This document shows, piece by piece, positions 25,964-36,400 of a stretch of DNA of 64,000 nt. Every line of letters starts with the position of its first letter. Position 1 is the first letter of the stretch. The translations under genes were made by a program, and so were the position numbers. The DNA is from a virus. Below the pieces are notes generated by a model, which was not told where the DNA came from, did no database searches, and saw nothing but the letters and a program-made list of their open reading frames with translations. The stretch is taken from positions 1 through 64,000 of IMG/VR virus record IMGVR_UViG_3300037088_000361; one strand, written 5' to 3'.

Positions 25964-27436
25964 CTAATTCGTGTTGATGATGCTGAATATGTCGTTCTTT
26001 ATCTCCCAAGCCGTGCTTTCCCTCGGGGCGACAAGACCCATCGGGTTGTTGACATTCCAGTTGGCCACCTCGCCGGTCGGGATGCCGGTAGAGTTGACAA
26101 CCTGAATCCATAGACTTGGATTGACAAGGTAGTTCGCCCCGAGGTTGAGCCAGACAACGCTTCCGTCATCCGTGATGCCACTCACGTCAGAGTTGAAAGA
26201 TACGGTAGCCCCAGACTCCCCACCCTGCGTGGCAATCTCAAGGTTGCTGTTCGGGTCGATGATGAACTGCCCTGTGTAGAAGTCGGTCAAAGCTGTCCAT
26301 GGAGCCACCCCTACGGTATACATCCCGGATGCTATTGGATAGTATGCCTGCCAAACGGCGGGGGACGGTAGGAGCTTCCAGTAGGCACTGTTCACCACCG
26401 GAGGACTTCCGCTTTCCGGCGGCTGCCCATTGTTCTTCTTGACTGCCCGGTACATCTGATAACTGCCCGTGGAAGGGGAAACCAGAACACCACGGGGATA
26501 GATGGTGGTTGCATTCCATACCGAAGGCAAGGCGGTCGGTGGTATGGGAACAGGCGGAGAGTTGGACGGGGCGACTGGTTGCAAGTCATACCACGTCTCG
26601 TAAGAGATGGTTGGTACCAGCTTCCTACCATAGGCTGCCAGCGTGGTCTTGGGGTGCTTCACATTGAAGATAGGGGCGACCCAGAGCATCGGGTCTAACG
26701 GCGATGCTTCCACCTGTCGGATGATAATGCGCAGAGTGTCCTTGATGCTGAGGCTGACATGCTCCGTCTCGGTAAAGACCGTCGTGAACTCAAGACCCAC
26801 ATGGGCAGGCTTCGCCAGGTCGATGGCCCCATAGAGGTTCTGGACAATCTCCTGGAGCTGGGTAAGGCTTTGGATGTTCGTAAGGGCGTTGTTGCCACCG
26901 ACATTGACATTGACCTGTATGGCATTGCGGTCCGACTGGTCATAAACCCCTTGCCCAATGAGCTTGTAAAGCTCCACTACCGTTATGCTCTTTCCCGTGT
27001 AGGCATAAATGACATCGGAGATGGACTTGGGGACCGACCCCTCCCCATAGGCATCAATGAGGTCCACCAGCATATCCCTATAGCCTACCGGATTATCTGA
27101 GGAGTTATAGGGACCGGTCAAGTCCCCCTTGTCAAACTGAGCGGCATAGGGGTAAGCACTTTTTATGGAGAGCGGTACAGCGAATCGTCGCTTGATGTCA
27201 GGAGGGGTAAGGTATTGAGGCTGGGACCCTACGATGTCATACTGATAACCATACTCCAGCTTGGCAAGCTCCTGTGCTATGGCACGGAGCAAAAATCCCC
27301 ATTGCGGCTGGTCGTTGCGAGGGGTGTAGTAATTGCACACGGCTTGAAGAAGCCCCAGCAGGCGGGAGTCCTCGAACATGAGCAAAGATTCCCTCGGGAG
27401 CAGGTAGAGGAGGTCCGGGTTGTTGGTAATTGTCAT
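25964..27436 (-). CDS. Baseplate wedge protein (gpI/gp7-like) with CBM-like repeats
   Basis: Follows the gpJ-like gene; AKPAHV motif; WNATTIYPRG and WTALTDFYTG repeats. Confidence 0.7.
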   Translation of the reverse strand: MTITNNPDLLYLLPRESLLMFEDSRLLGLLQAVCNYYTPRNDQPQWGFLLRAIAQELAKLEYGYQYDIVGSQPQYLTPPDIKRRFAVPLSIKSAYPYAAQFDKGDLTGPYNSSDNPVGYRDMLVDLIDAYGEGSVPKSISDVIYAYTGKSITVVELYKLIGQGVYDQSDRNAIQVNVNVGGNNALTNIQSLTQLQEIVQNLYGAIDLAKPAHVGLEFTTVFTETEHVSLSIKDTLRIIIRQVEASPLDPMLWVAPIFNVKHPKTTLAAYGRKLVPTISYETWYDLQPVAPSNSPPVPIPPTALPSVWNATTIYPRGVLVSPSTGSYQMYRAVKKNNGQPPESGSPPVVNSAYWKLLPSPAVWQAYYPIASGMYTVGVAPWTALTDFYTGQFIIDPNSNLEIATQGGESGATVSFNSDVSGITDDGSVVWLNLGANYLVNPSLWIQVVNSTGIPTGEVANWNVNNPMGLVAPRESTAWEIKNDIFSIINTN

Positions 27437-30400
27437 CTAGCTCCCCGAAGTCAGATAATTCACAGTGATACGACCAGCGGAGAAATACTCCGTAGAACTT
27501 AATGTTATATCTTTGGCACTACTCTCACCTTCCACGATATAAGTAACAAAATAACTTTTGAGCGACGGAGATGTCACATCCAGCGGAACAGTGATGATGA
27601 CCTTCTGGGCATCGTTGATAAGAGACACTGTATAATCCTGACCAGTGCTGTTGTAATTAGGAACAACAAGCTGGTCGCCTGAGCCGATGATGTAGAACGA
27701 GCCGTTTCCCGAGGAGGTCTGGGGGGTTGTGGCGTTGGTCAGGAAACCATAGGCGGAGTTGGTCCTTCCATATGCCTGTCCTTGGTACAGCAGTCCGATG
27801 AAGTCATTGAAGGGTCCCCCTGAGGGAATGGTGGAGTCCGGCAGGACGGCGTTAGCCGTGATGAAGCTGTTCTTGGGGATGTAATTGATAGTTCCTGTGC
27901 TGGTGACAACTCCTGCTAGCGGGGCAAACGCCGGGTCCGAGCTGAGCGGAATCCACGCCGTTCCCGTGGGGATGACGAAAGCGATATCATAGCTTCCGTC
28001 ACTCTTGGCGCATTTGACGAGTGGTATCGCTACCGATTGCACCCCTTGCACCGCCTGTACTTGGCTGACAATTGAGGACTGATATAGGGTGCCGGAGGCA
28101 TTGTCCAAGACTTGGTCGATGGCCGTGCGGATGTCCGGGTCAAGGGTGGAGGCGGAGATGCCGGGCTTGAGGGTGACAGTCAGGGTGATGTCAATGGGAT
28201 TGGCCACCATCGCCTTGACGACCACATCGGCAGCGGCGTGCTTGGTGGCGTTTATCTCCTTTAGAAGAACTGGGACGAACGATGGATACTCTGTGGCGAC
28301 ATCAAACGCCTCGTTGTAAAAATAGCTGACAAGCACCTGCCCGCCGTCCGGTATGCGGCTGGTGGCGTTGGTCGTGAGGTTGCGGGCGATGGTTGCTGCT
28401 CCCGAGATAGGATTTACACTGAGGATATAGTCAACATTCTCAAGCATAACCTCATAGGTAGATGGGCTGGAGCCAGTCTGATATAGGACCTTGATGTAGC
28501 GGCTGTCGTGCGTTACGCTCGCACTAACCAAGGCAGGGTCTAAGGTGAGGGCAAACCCGTTAAGCAGGTTTGATCCATAAGAAGTACCGTAGCTTTCGGG
28601 AAGCCAGGTGTTGTAGACGAACCCATTGTTGTCCAAGGTGTTGGCAATCCCGCCGTTGAGCGTTTGCGTCTCGTTGGAGGCAAAGCTGAGGCGCTCGTAG
28701 AGGGTGAACTGGTTGTAAGATACCACCACCTGCTGACCGTCTTGGATGGAATACCCTGTGACCGTGCCGGTATCGGTCGCCGAGGAGTAGTCGGCATGGG
28801 CATAGTAGGCGGTTAAGGCGCTTCCTATGGAGGTAATCACGGCGATTTGCTGGCCATTCAGGAATGTGGCATTAGTGAGACCGTTCAGGGTTACCTTAGC
28901 ATTGTTTATGGACGCTCCGAATCGGTTATTGCAGGTGATTGTCAAAATTCCTCCCGAGAGGGAGACATTGGTGATGACAGCGGGTGTCTGCTGCAGGGCA
29001 ATCCCATAGCTCCGGTAAGGTCCCGTGGCGACAATAGCATAGTCCCCGCCCACCCCGAAGGTGTAGAGGGTGGACAGGTCGGACGAGCGGACAGAAAGGA
29101 TGTTTCCAATATTGCCATTCTGGTCTACAGCGACATCCATCGCGGTGTCAATGGGAACAATGGAAGAGATGCTGGCGGTTATGGTGTTGGTGATGGGAGA
29201 ACTTACCGTGGAGGCTACCTGCACCTCGTCCCCCGCTTGGTTAGAACCACCGTAGAGGAGGAAGTCGGAATTGTGGACAAGATTGAGCATCTCTTGGGGA
29301 ATAGTTCCCGTCTGGCTCGCCTGCCCGATGGCATCGTTGACCTGCGTAACTGGCTGGTTCGTTGGTATGTCGGACAAGGGAGACTGAAGCCTCGCAAGCA
29401 AGGTGTAAGAGACATTGTTTCCCGCCCCCTGCACGGCAACCAGATTGGTGAGATACGGCACTCGTTGCTGATTGACGCCGGGGTTAGGAATCTGGTACGA
29501 AAGAGCGGTTGGGTCAAGGGTGATGTAGCCGTTCTCCGTGTTGAACTGGGCGGTGAGGATATTAAGGTAGAATGACCCCGTGTATCCCATGACGAGAAGT
29601 TCCACGCCTTGGTATAGCGGCCATTGCAACGCCCGGAAGGCTGCGCTGTTGACCTGGAACTTAAGAAGCGAGCTTGTGGCTGACACCACGGTCAAGGGCA
29701 GGTAGCTAGTATAGAGACCAATGGTTCCGTTGTTCTCGTACTGGAACGCCACGATGTCGTCCTCCTGCGAGGAGGAGGTTCCTTGGCAATAGATGTCCAC
29801 GCACCCGAATACATGCTTCTGACGGATGGGGTCCCAGTCACGCACCATCTCCAGGTCGCCCGCTGCCACGACTTCGGCAGCTACGATTCCAGGAGTTCCA
29901 AGCGCCGTGTTTAGGTACCCCCCACGAGTTCCCGTATCAACCCCTGTGATGAGGCGGTTCTGTATCCGTGAGGCAAAGTGGGAATTCAGTTCGTCGTCAA
30001 CCCCGAATGTGGCGGCCACTTGGTTGGTTACGCTCCACCCGGACGGGGCATTTGAGTTCACGGAATTGACCGTCCCTGCGCCCACATTCGTACTGCTTCC
30101 GGTGCTCTGGCAGGAGGCCGGAACATTTACCGACCACCATCCATTGGCGGGGTCGTAGAAGGAAGCGGCAGAGTTGGGAGTGATGGCCGCCGACCCGGTG
30201 GTCTGGAAGCTCACCGAGGGAGTGGAGGAGGTGGCGGAGGTAGAGCAGATTATTCCCGTGGGGAAGACGACCGTGACAGTCGGCTTAGTGTAGCTGTAGA
30301 AGGTCAGGGTATCCACCGACGCTGTGGCACCCCCCCTAGTCAACCCGCAAGATTGGGCGAGGTGGTCAAACTGCTGGTCAATGAGGGTCTGTGTGTCCGC

Positions 30401-31933
30401 CGCATTAAGACCATAGGCCCGTGCAATCTGCTGCTTGATGGAAGAACTGTTAAATGGGTCGCTCTGCCCATTGCCGCTGGCATTGTCTATCAGGCTCATG
30501 GCAGACACGGACAGGGCGCACCGAGAGAACCATTCCCGAACGCTCATGTTGGAAAGCTCAATAGAGACAGGGTCAACGAGCAGGTCCCGTATCTCCGAAC
30601 GGGGCGTTAGGTCGAGGTTCGGGTACAACTGGGTCATCTGCGTGATGAGCCGCCCGGCGATGTCCTCCTTCCGCTGTAAGGCAAGGAAGTCTATGGGGCT
30701 GGCGAGGGAAAGGTTGACGAACCCGCAGGTAATCGGTCCATTCCACTGGCTCTCATAGACCGTGTTGCTGTCGGGACTCTGTACGAGGGTGGAGAGCATG
30801 GCATAGAACTTCTGTGCCCCGTTGACCGCCGCAGGCGGGATGTCCACATAGTTGTAGGTGATTGCTTGTGTCTCGTTGTCCGTGGTGATGATTTGCTTAC
30901 CAGTAGTGGGGTCGTAGCTCGTCGTTGACGAAGTGCTGATGACCTGCGTCTCCACACGGCTTACCTGGCTGGTCGGGATGACATCCCCATACTGGACATA
31001 GGGAGGATTGACTCCGGCCGAGTCGGTTGACAGCATGACCTTGGTACCAATGGTGCCTGCAAAGGCGGGCATGACCCACTCCACACGGCAGGCGACCTGC
31101 GACTTGTAGGAGTTTATGCCAGAAGGTGGTCCGATGACCGGGGAGAGGGTGCTCTCCACCGGTAGTAGGGTGAACTGGGTCGTTGGGCTTATTTGATAGA
31201 AGCCCGTGTTGAGCCATGTTATGCCACCGTCCGCCGTGACAACTCCTGCTTGCCCCGATTCTTGCAAGAGTGGGTCTTGGGTATAGTTCGGGTAAGCGAG
31301 CACGGCGGTAAACTGCGTTGGGGTGGCGGTAGCGACGACAACGCTGGTGTTATTTAGGAAAGCTGCCAATTGCAGGTTGGTAAAATAGGTCGTCTGACCT
31401 GCGGATAGCTCATTGAGTGCCGTAACCGTAAGGATACCATTGTTAACAGATATATTGGTGATGGAGGCGACGATGTCGTTTAGGACGCCAGCAGGGGTGA
31501 ATGCAATAGGCTCGGACAACCCGGAGCTTCCGGTTGCGGAAAGTACCACCTGCACATATCCATTGGAATCCACCATCCTGTAGCCTACAGGGTATGCTGT
31601 GTTAGCGGACCATGACATCTGGGTGGGATTGTAGTTACGGGCGAGTGCCCGGAACGACACGCTCCCCAGCGTCACATCGATACCCGCTGTCCCAGTGAAC
31701 TTCACCCCGGTCGTAGGCGGTGAGCCAAAGGTACCGGCGACTGGGTTATAATTTATGGCAGGCTGGTCGGAGACAGGGTATCCGTAAAGAGTAACCTCAA
31801 GCTGCGTATAGAGTGGGTCTCCCACGATGTCATAAGGGAGGGAGGTGGTGTCCACGGAGACAGTTGTGACCCCCACCGGGAGGACCGGTGTGACCATCAC
31901 GAGAGCATTATTTCCTACAAACGGAGGTAACAT
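27437..31933 (-). CDS. Baseplate J/gp6-like wedge protein
   Basis: SEIRDLLVDP, GLTRGGAT, VTNQVAATFGVDDE, GTRGGY, GCVDIY. Confidence 0.85.
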   Translation of the reverse strand: MLPPFVGNNALVMVTPVLPVGVTTVSVDTTSLPYDIVGDPLYTQLEVTLYGYPVSDQPAINYNPVAGTFGSPPTTGVKFTGTAGIDVTLGSVSFRALARNYNPTQMSWSANTAYPVGYRMVDSNGYVQVVLSATGSSGLSEPIAFTPAGVLNDIVASITNISVNNGILTVTALNELSAGQTTYFTNLQLAAFLNNTSVVVATATPTQFTAVLAYPNYTQDPLLQESGQAGVVTADGGITWLNTGFYQISPTTQFTLLPVESTLSPVIGPPSGINSYKSQVACRVEWVMPAFAGTIGTKVMLSTDSAGVNPPYVQYGDVIPTSQVSRVETQVISTSSTTSYDPTTGKQIITTDNETQAITYNYVDIPPAAVNGAQKFYAMLSTLVQSPDSNTVYESQWNGPITCGFVNLSLASPIDFLALQRKEDIAGRLITQMTQLYPNLDLTPRSEIRDLLVDPVSIELSNMSVREWFSRCALSVSAMSLIDNASGNGQSDPFNSSSIKQQIARAYGLNAADTQTLIDQQFDHLAQSCGLTRGGATASVDTLTFYSYTKPTVTVVFPTGIICSTSATSSTPSVSFQTTGSAAITPNSAASFYDPANGWWSVNVPASCQSTGSSTNVGAGTVNSVNSNAPSGWSVTNQVAATFGVDDELNSHFASRIQNRLITGVDTGTRGGYLNTALGTPGIVAAEVVAAGDLEMVRDWDPIRQKHVFGCVDIYCQGTSSSQEDDIVAFQYENNGTIGLYTSYLPLTVVSATSSLLKFQVNSAAFRALQWPLYQGVELLVMGYTGSFYLNILTAQFNTENGYITLDPTALSYQIPNPGVNQQRVPYLTNLVAVQGAGNNVSYTLLARLQSPLSDIPTNQPVTQVNDAIGQASQTGTIPQEMLNLVHNSDFLLYGGSNQAGDEVQVASTVSSPITNTITASISSIVPIDTAMDVAVDQNGNIGNILSVRSSDLSTLYTFGVGGDYAIVATGPYRSYGIALQQTPAVITNVSLSGGILTITCNNRFGASINNAKVTLNGLTNATFLNGQQIAVITSIGSALTAYYAHADYSSATDTGTVTGYSIQDGQQVVVSYNQFTLYERLSFASNETQTLNGGIANTLDNNGFVYNTWLPESYGTSYGSNLLNGFALTLDPALVSASVTHDSRYIKVLYQTGSSPSTYEVMLENVDYILSVNPISGAATIARNLTTNATSRIPDGGQVLVSYFYNEAFDVATEYPSFVPVLLKEINATKHAAADVVVKAMVANPIDITLTVTLKPGISASTLDPDIRTAIDQVLDNASGTLYQSSIVSQVQAVQGVQSVAIPLVKCAKSDGSYDIAFVIPTGTAWIPLSSDPAFAPLAGVVTSTGTINYIPKNSFITANAVLPDSTIPSGGPFNDFIGLLYQGQAYGRTNSAYGFLTNATTPQTSSGNGSFYIIGSGDQLVVPNYNSTGQDYTVSLINDAQKVIITVPLDVTSPSLKSYFVTYIVEGESSAKDITLSSTEYFSAGRITVNYLTSGS

Positions 31934-32706
31934 TATTCACCTACAAGCTGCCTTGACGAAGTTATAGAAAACGAAACCGTTGACGGGGTGGCTATGCTCC
32001 CGTAGGAAGTGATTGCGCACTCCGCCGCAACCGATGTCGGGTCGGGCATCGTTACTGTGATTCCCCCTATGTCCTTAAGCATCTCCAGCAGGCTCAAGGA
32101 CTGTATCGTCCTCTGAGAGGACTGTATCTGCTTGAGATTCTGGAAGGAGTCCATTATCTGGGAGGAAACATCTGCCTCGGTAATGGTAGCCCCAAACTTC
32201 TTTCCGATATAATTCCTGATTGCACAGGTGAACTGAGGGTAAAACGAGCACTTGGATGTCAGGACGAATTTGAGCACCTTTTGGACCAGCTTGTTTGTGT
32301 CATATACTCTTTGAAGAGTTCCACTGGATGAAGTTACAAAATCATTAAGACTACCCTGGTTCCAACATCTAAGACAGAAATCCTGAAAGGTAATATAGCT
32401 CACTTCAATCAGAGGGACGAACCACTTCACCTGCCTCTTGAACACAATCTTGTAGAACTGCTCTGGACCTTGGAGGTAGTTGGTGTCCGACACGAAGGAG
32501 TATCCGTAAGTGGGGTCGTTAGGTTGGATTTCCCTCCCGCTGATAAAAACTTGAACGACGGCTTGCCCGTTGAGGGGCGCACGCATGTTGATACTAGGAT
32601 TTCCTGCATAGTGAAGTGTCCTGAAATCAACAGTATCCACCACCATTCGCTCATTTCCTATGAAATGACTACAAGGGGCTAAACCGGTATTGAAATCGTA
32701 GCTCAT
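31933..32706 (-). CDS. Baseplate wedge gp25/gpW-like protein
   Basis: Immediately upstream of gpJ; KLVQKVLKFVLT...FYPQF...IGKK. Confidence 0.6.
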   Translation of the reverse strand: MSYDFNTGLAPCSHFIGNERMVVDTVDFRTLHYAGNPSINMRAPLNGQAVVQVFISGREIQPNDPTYGYSFVSDTNYLQGPEQFYKIVFKRQVKWFVPLIEVSYITFQDFCLRCWNQGSLNDFVTSSSGTLQRVYDTNKLVQKVLKFVLTSKCSFYPQFTCAIRNYIGKKFGATITEADVSSQIMDSFQNLKQIQSSQRTIQSLSLLEMLKDIGGITVTMPDPTSVAAECAITSYGSIATPSTVSFSITSSRQLVGE

Positions 32707-33422
32707 TATGTAGACGCGCTTATGTGTCCCGTATCCTTATTGCGATTGGCAACGCCAGGTGAACTGTGGCTCATCGCCTTAAGCTCGGCTGGCGTTGGTG
32801 CAGTCATCTGGTTAGTCCGCCCCCGAGGTTGCCCATTGTCCATATTGGCGGCATTGACATCGTCCACTAGAACCAGTTGATATTCCGGTTTCCCGAAGTA
32901 ACCGCTAATCTTGGTGAGAAGCTCCGGGAGCGTCTGCGGGTCGGTCTGAGTACTCCCGGCCGAGGGACCTTGGGTGAAGTCGTTCGCAGACTGGGCTAAG
33001 TCCTCCTGCTTTTCGATGAGACAGCGGACTTGGTTCATATAATAGACCGCATCATCATCCCTTTGGAAAATCTCCTGCATCCCCTTCTTTATCCTTCCTG
33101 TCATAACCATGGGGAGATGGTCGTCGCCGATAGGATAGTTGAAGTGCCCTTGTTCTCCAGGCTGCCAGACGGGCTTCTGAAAGGTGGGAGCAAGCGGCTG
33201 ACCGTAGGAGTCCGCCTCCTTCGGGTATACAGAAGAGTAATACTGCTCCAAGACCCCAGCCGTCTTGCGAAGCTGCTCCGCCCGGATACGATGAAAGGTC
33301 GATATTTTAGCTATGTCCCCTTGGCGGAGCCCAATCCACTTCTGGAGCGATTGCCACTGGGACAGGCTGAAGTGTCCCAAGAAGGGGAACGGCGGTCCGG
33401 GATAGGAGTAGTTCACTGCCAT
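32706..33422 (-). CDS. Hypothetical tail-module protein
   Basis: TAATG-coupled on both sides. Confidence 0.7.
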   Translation of the reverse strand: MAVNYSYPGPPFPFLGHFSLSQWQSLQKWIGLRQGDIAKISTFHRIRAEQLRKTAGVLEQYYSSVYPKEADSYGQPLAPTFQKPVWQPGEQGHFNYPIGDDHLPMVMTGRIKKGMQEIFQRDDDAVYYMNQVRCLIEKQEDLAQSANDFTQGPSAGSTQTDPQTLPELLTKISGYFGKPEYQLVLVDDVNAANMDNGQPRGRTNQMTAPTPAELKAMSHSSPGVANRNKDTGHISAST

Positions 33423-36400
33423 TATGCCACCGTCAGCGTCAGGCTCTTGGTCACCGTCTGTATCGGGATGCTGGAATCACTCACCGAGAATTGCAGGTTG
33501 TAGGTGCTAGCAATGTGGGCAAACCCTGCCAGCAGTCCTGAACTGTCAAAGGTCAAACCCGGCACGCTCCCTATCATTGACCAAGCATAGCCCGGAGTCC
33601 CACCAGATGCTATCATCTGGCATGTGTAGGCTTCTGCGACGAAGGTCGTGGGCAGCGACGAGGTGTTCATGACCAAGGTAGAACCCCCGCCACCTCCGCC
33701 TCCGCCAGAGTAGGTGCCCACAATCGTGGCGACTGCCCCGTTGACGTACACATGGTTCTGGGTCACGATGCTCGTCCCGCTGAGGTATGTCAGGGTTCCC
33801 TGCACCGTCATGGTGAGATGCGTGGTGATGGTGCCTGCGCCGCTCGGGAAGTCCACCTGCAACACCCATCCGGTGAGCCATCCGGCCGTGGCACCGCTGC
33901 CGTAGGTTGGGGTGATGCTCACAAGGGTTACCCCGGCGTCCAAGGAGGCTGTGGCTGAGATGCTGTTGCCCGTACTGCTTGCCGTGCCTTGTTGCTGAGG
34001 GCTGAGCGGCTCGCTCAAAGTCACTGTGATGGCGTTGTAGTTCGGCACCGAATAGGTAACCTGCAAGGTTACGGTGGTCAACTGGATGATGGCCCCGGTT
34101 CCGGGGGAGTTCGTGCAGTTGGCGAAGAAGCCCACGCCGAACCCGGCAGCGTTAAGCTGTGCCGCCATCCAAGTCCCGTTGAAGGAGAAGCTGTTCCCAC
34201 CCCGTATTTGGGTTTGGGTGGTTGTCCCAGATACCCCCAGCAGGTTCACGTTGAGATAGGTTGCACTCGTCCCGGCGCTCTGGTTCAAGTTCAGGTTGAC
34301 CCTGACCTGCGTGACCGTGGCATTGCTGGGTAAACCGAGGAGGAAATTGGTCAGGTCAAGAATCTGGGACGTGTCCACGGTGTTGTTGGACCCGTACAGG
34401 GTTATCGTATCCTGCCCGCCGTTCTTGAGGTTGCCGTATGATATCCACGCCTCGTAGCTGCTGGGGACCTCCGTCTCGGTTTGGGGCTGCCCGGAGCTTA
34501 CCGTCACGGTAGTGGTATTGGTGGACGGTATGGTGAGGGCGAGGGGAGCTACCCCGCTTGACGGGATGGTCGGGTTGGTCATGTAGAGGAACGCCTCGAC
34601 CGATGCCTGGCCGGTGCTGAACAAGTCGTAGCCACTGGGGGTGCTGTACCAGGCGATGTCCTGCTCCTTCAGGGTGACGTTGGTTAAAGCCACGCCGACA
34701 GGCAGAGAGCCGCCCGCATAGGAATACTTAAAGTTGGTTCCATCCCACCCGAAGCTCACCAAGCCTTGGTAGCTGTTGTTGTCGCCGCTCAGAGCAAAGA
34801 TGCTTGTGGCCGCCGACGCCGGGGGGGCGCTTGTCCCGCCGAAGGGTCCGGGGAGGACGAACGACGACCCGTTGTTGACGATGGGGAGGCTACCCGCCGT
34901 GCCCTCCAGCAAGGGTATACCATAGGCCGGGATGCTTCCGCTGGACGGCTGGGCGGTCACAGGACCAAGGCTTGTGTACACCGTCCAAGTGAAGGTGGCG
35001 GAGGCGTTCACACCGCCCACATCCGTGACGGTGATGGAAAAGCTGTTGGAACCAGTTGACCCGGAACCGAACGGTCCACTGAGCTTAATGTACGCTGTGC
35101 CGCTCGACGCCGACTGCACCACGTAGCTGAACCCCGAGGGTACCGTAGCGCTAAGCTGGGAAGGAGAAGTGGCGATAACTCCCGTGGCGACAACGTAGAA
35201 TGACCTGTTGCTTCCGCTAATGGTGGCCACATTGTCAAGCGAGGTCACCTCGCCGAGGGAGTTGGTGGATGTGGAGTTGACATAGTCTACCCCTGTATGG
35301 AGGGTCATGCCGGTGATGACCGTAAGGGCAAATGCCTTCTGCGATATTGAGCTGATGTTGTCAGTGACTTGTACGGTGAAATTGAAGGTTCCGACGCTTG
35401 ATGTCGTGCCGCTGATGGTTCCGTTAGAGGTGAGGTTCAGCCCGCTCGGAAGCGCCCCGGCGACAAACTGCCAAGTGTATGGAGAGGTTCCCCCACTCGC
35501 TACCAAGGTGACGCTGTATGCCACGCCCGCCGTCCCTTGTGAGAGGGGTGAGGAAGTAGTGATGGCAAGGGTACTGGCAGAGATGAGAAGTTGCAGGTTC
35601 TTATTGGCCGAGTCCATAGGACTCATACCGTCTGTAACCACGGCATTGAAGGTGGTATTGATTGCCGTGGCGGAGGTTCCTGTAAGCAATCCGCTGCTGC
35701 TTAGGCTGAAGCCTCCGGGAAGACCGGTGGCCGACCATGTGTAGACCGGAGCACCACCCGTGGGCGAGCCTCCGCCCGAGGCGGTAAGCTGTTGGCTGTA
35801 GACTATGTTGATAAGCCCCTGAGGAAGCGGGGAGGATGAAGTGACTGCTAAGTTAGAAGATGCAGTAAGACTCAAGGTAGCAGTCGCAAGGTGACCCGCA
35901 TTATCCACCGCCTGCACCTTGACCAAATACCCCGTAAAGACAGCCCCAATGTAGAGACCGGTTATCTTGGCTGTAGCACCGCTGTCCGACACGCTGGCAG
36001 CAAGGCTAAGACCGGTAGGGAGCAGATTAGGAGAGTCCCCGGCGACCGACCAAGAGACAGGGGTGGTATAGGTACCATTGACGGCAAGAGTTCCAAGATA
36101 GGAAGACCCACGGTTGATAGTGCTGACCCCGCTAGTGTTAATGACCATCCCCGCAACCACTCCTACCGTCACGGGGAGAGCCCTGACCGCAGAGACGAAT
36201 GTGGAGTCAGTAACTTGGAATGTGATAGACTGGGTTCCGTATCCTACTTGTGTCGGAGTTCCCGAAAGGATTCCTGTAGCGGTATTGATGGTAACCCCTG
36301 GAGAACCGGTAGGCAATGTTCCGGCAGTCACCGTCCAAGTATAGGGAGGAATGCCCCCTACAGCCTGCATCGCAAACGTGTAGGCTTGGCTGAGGGTCAT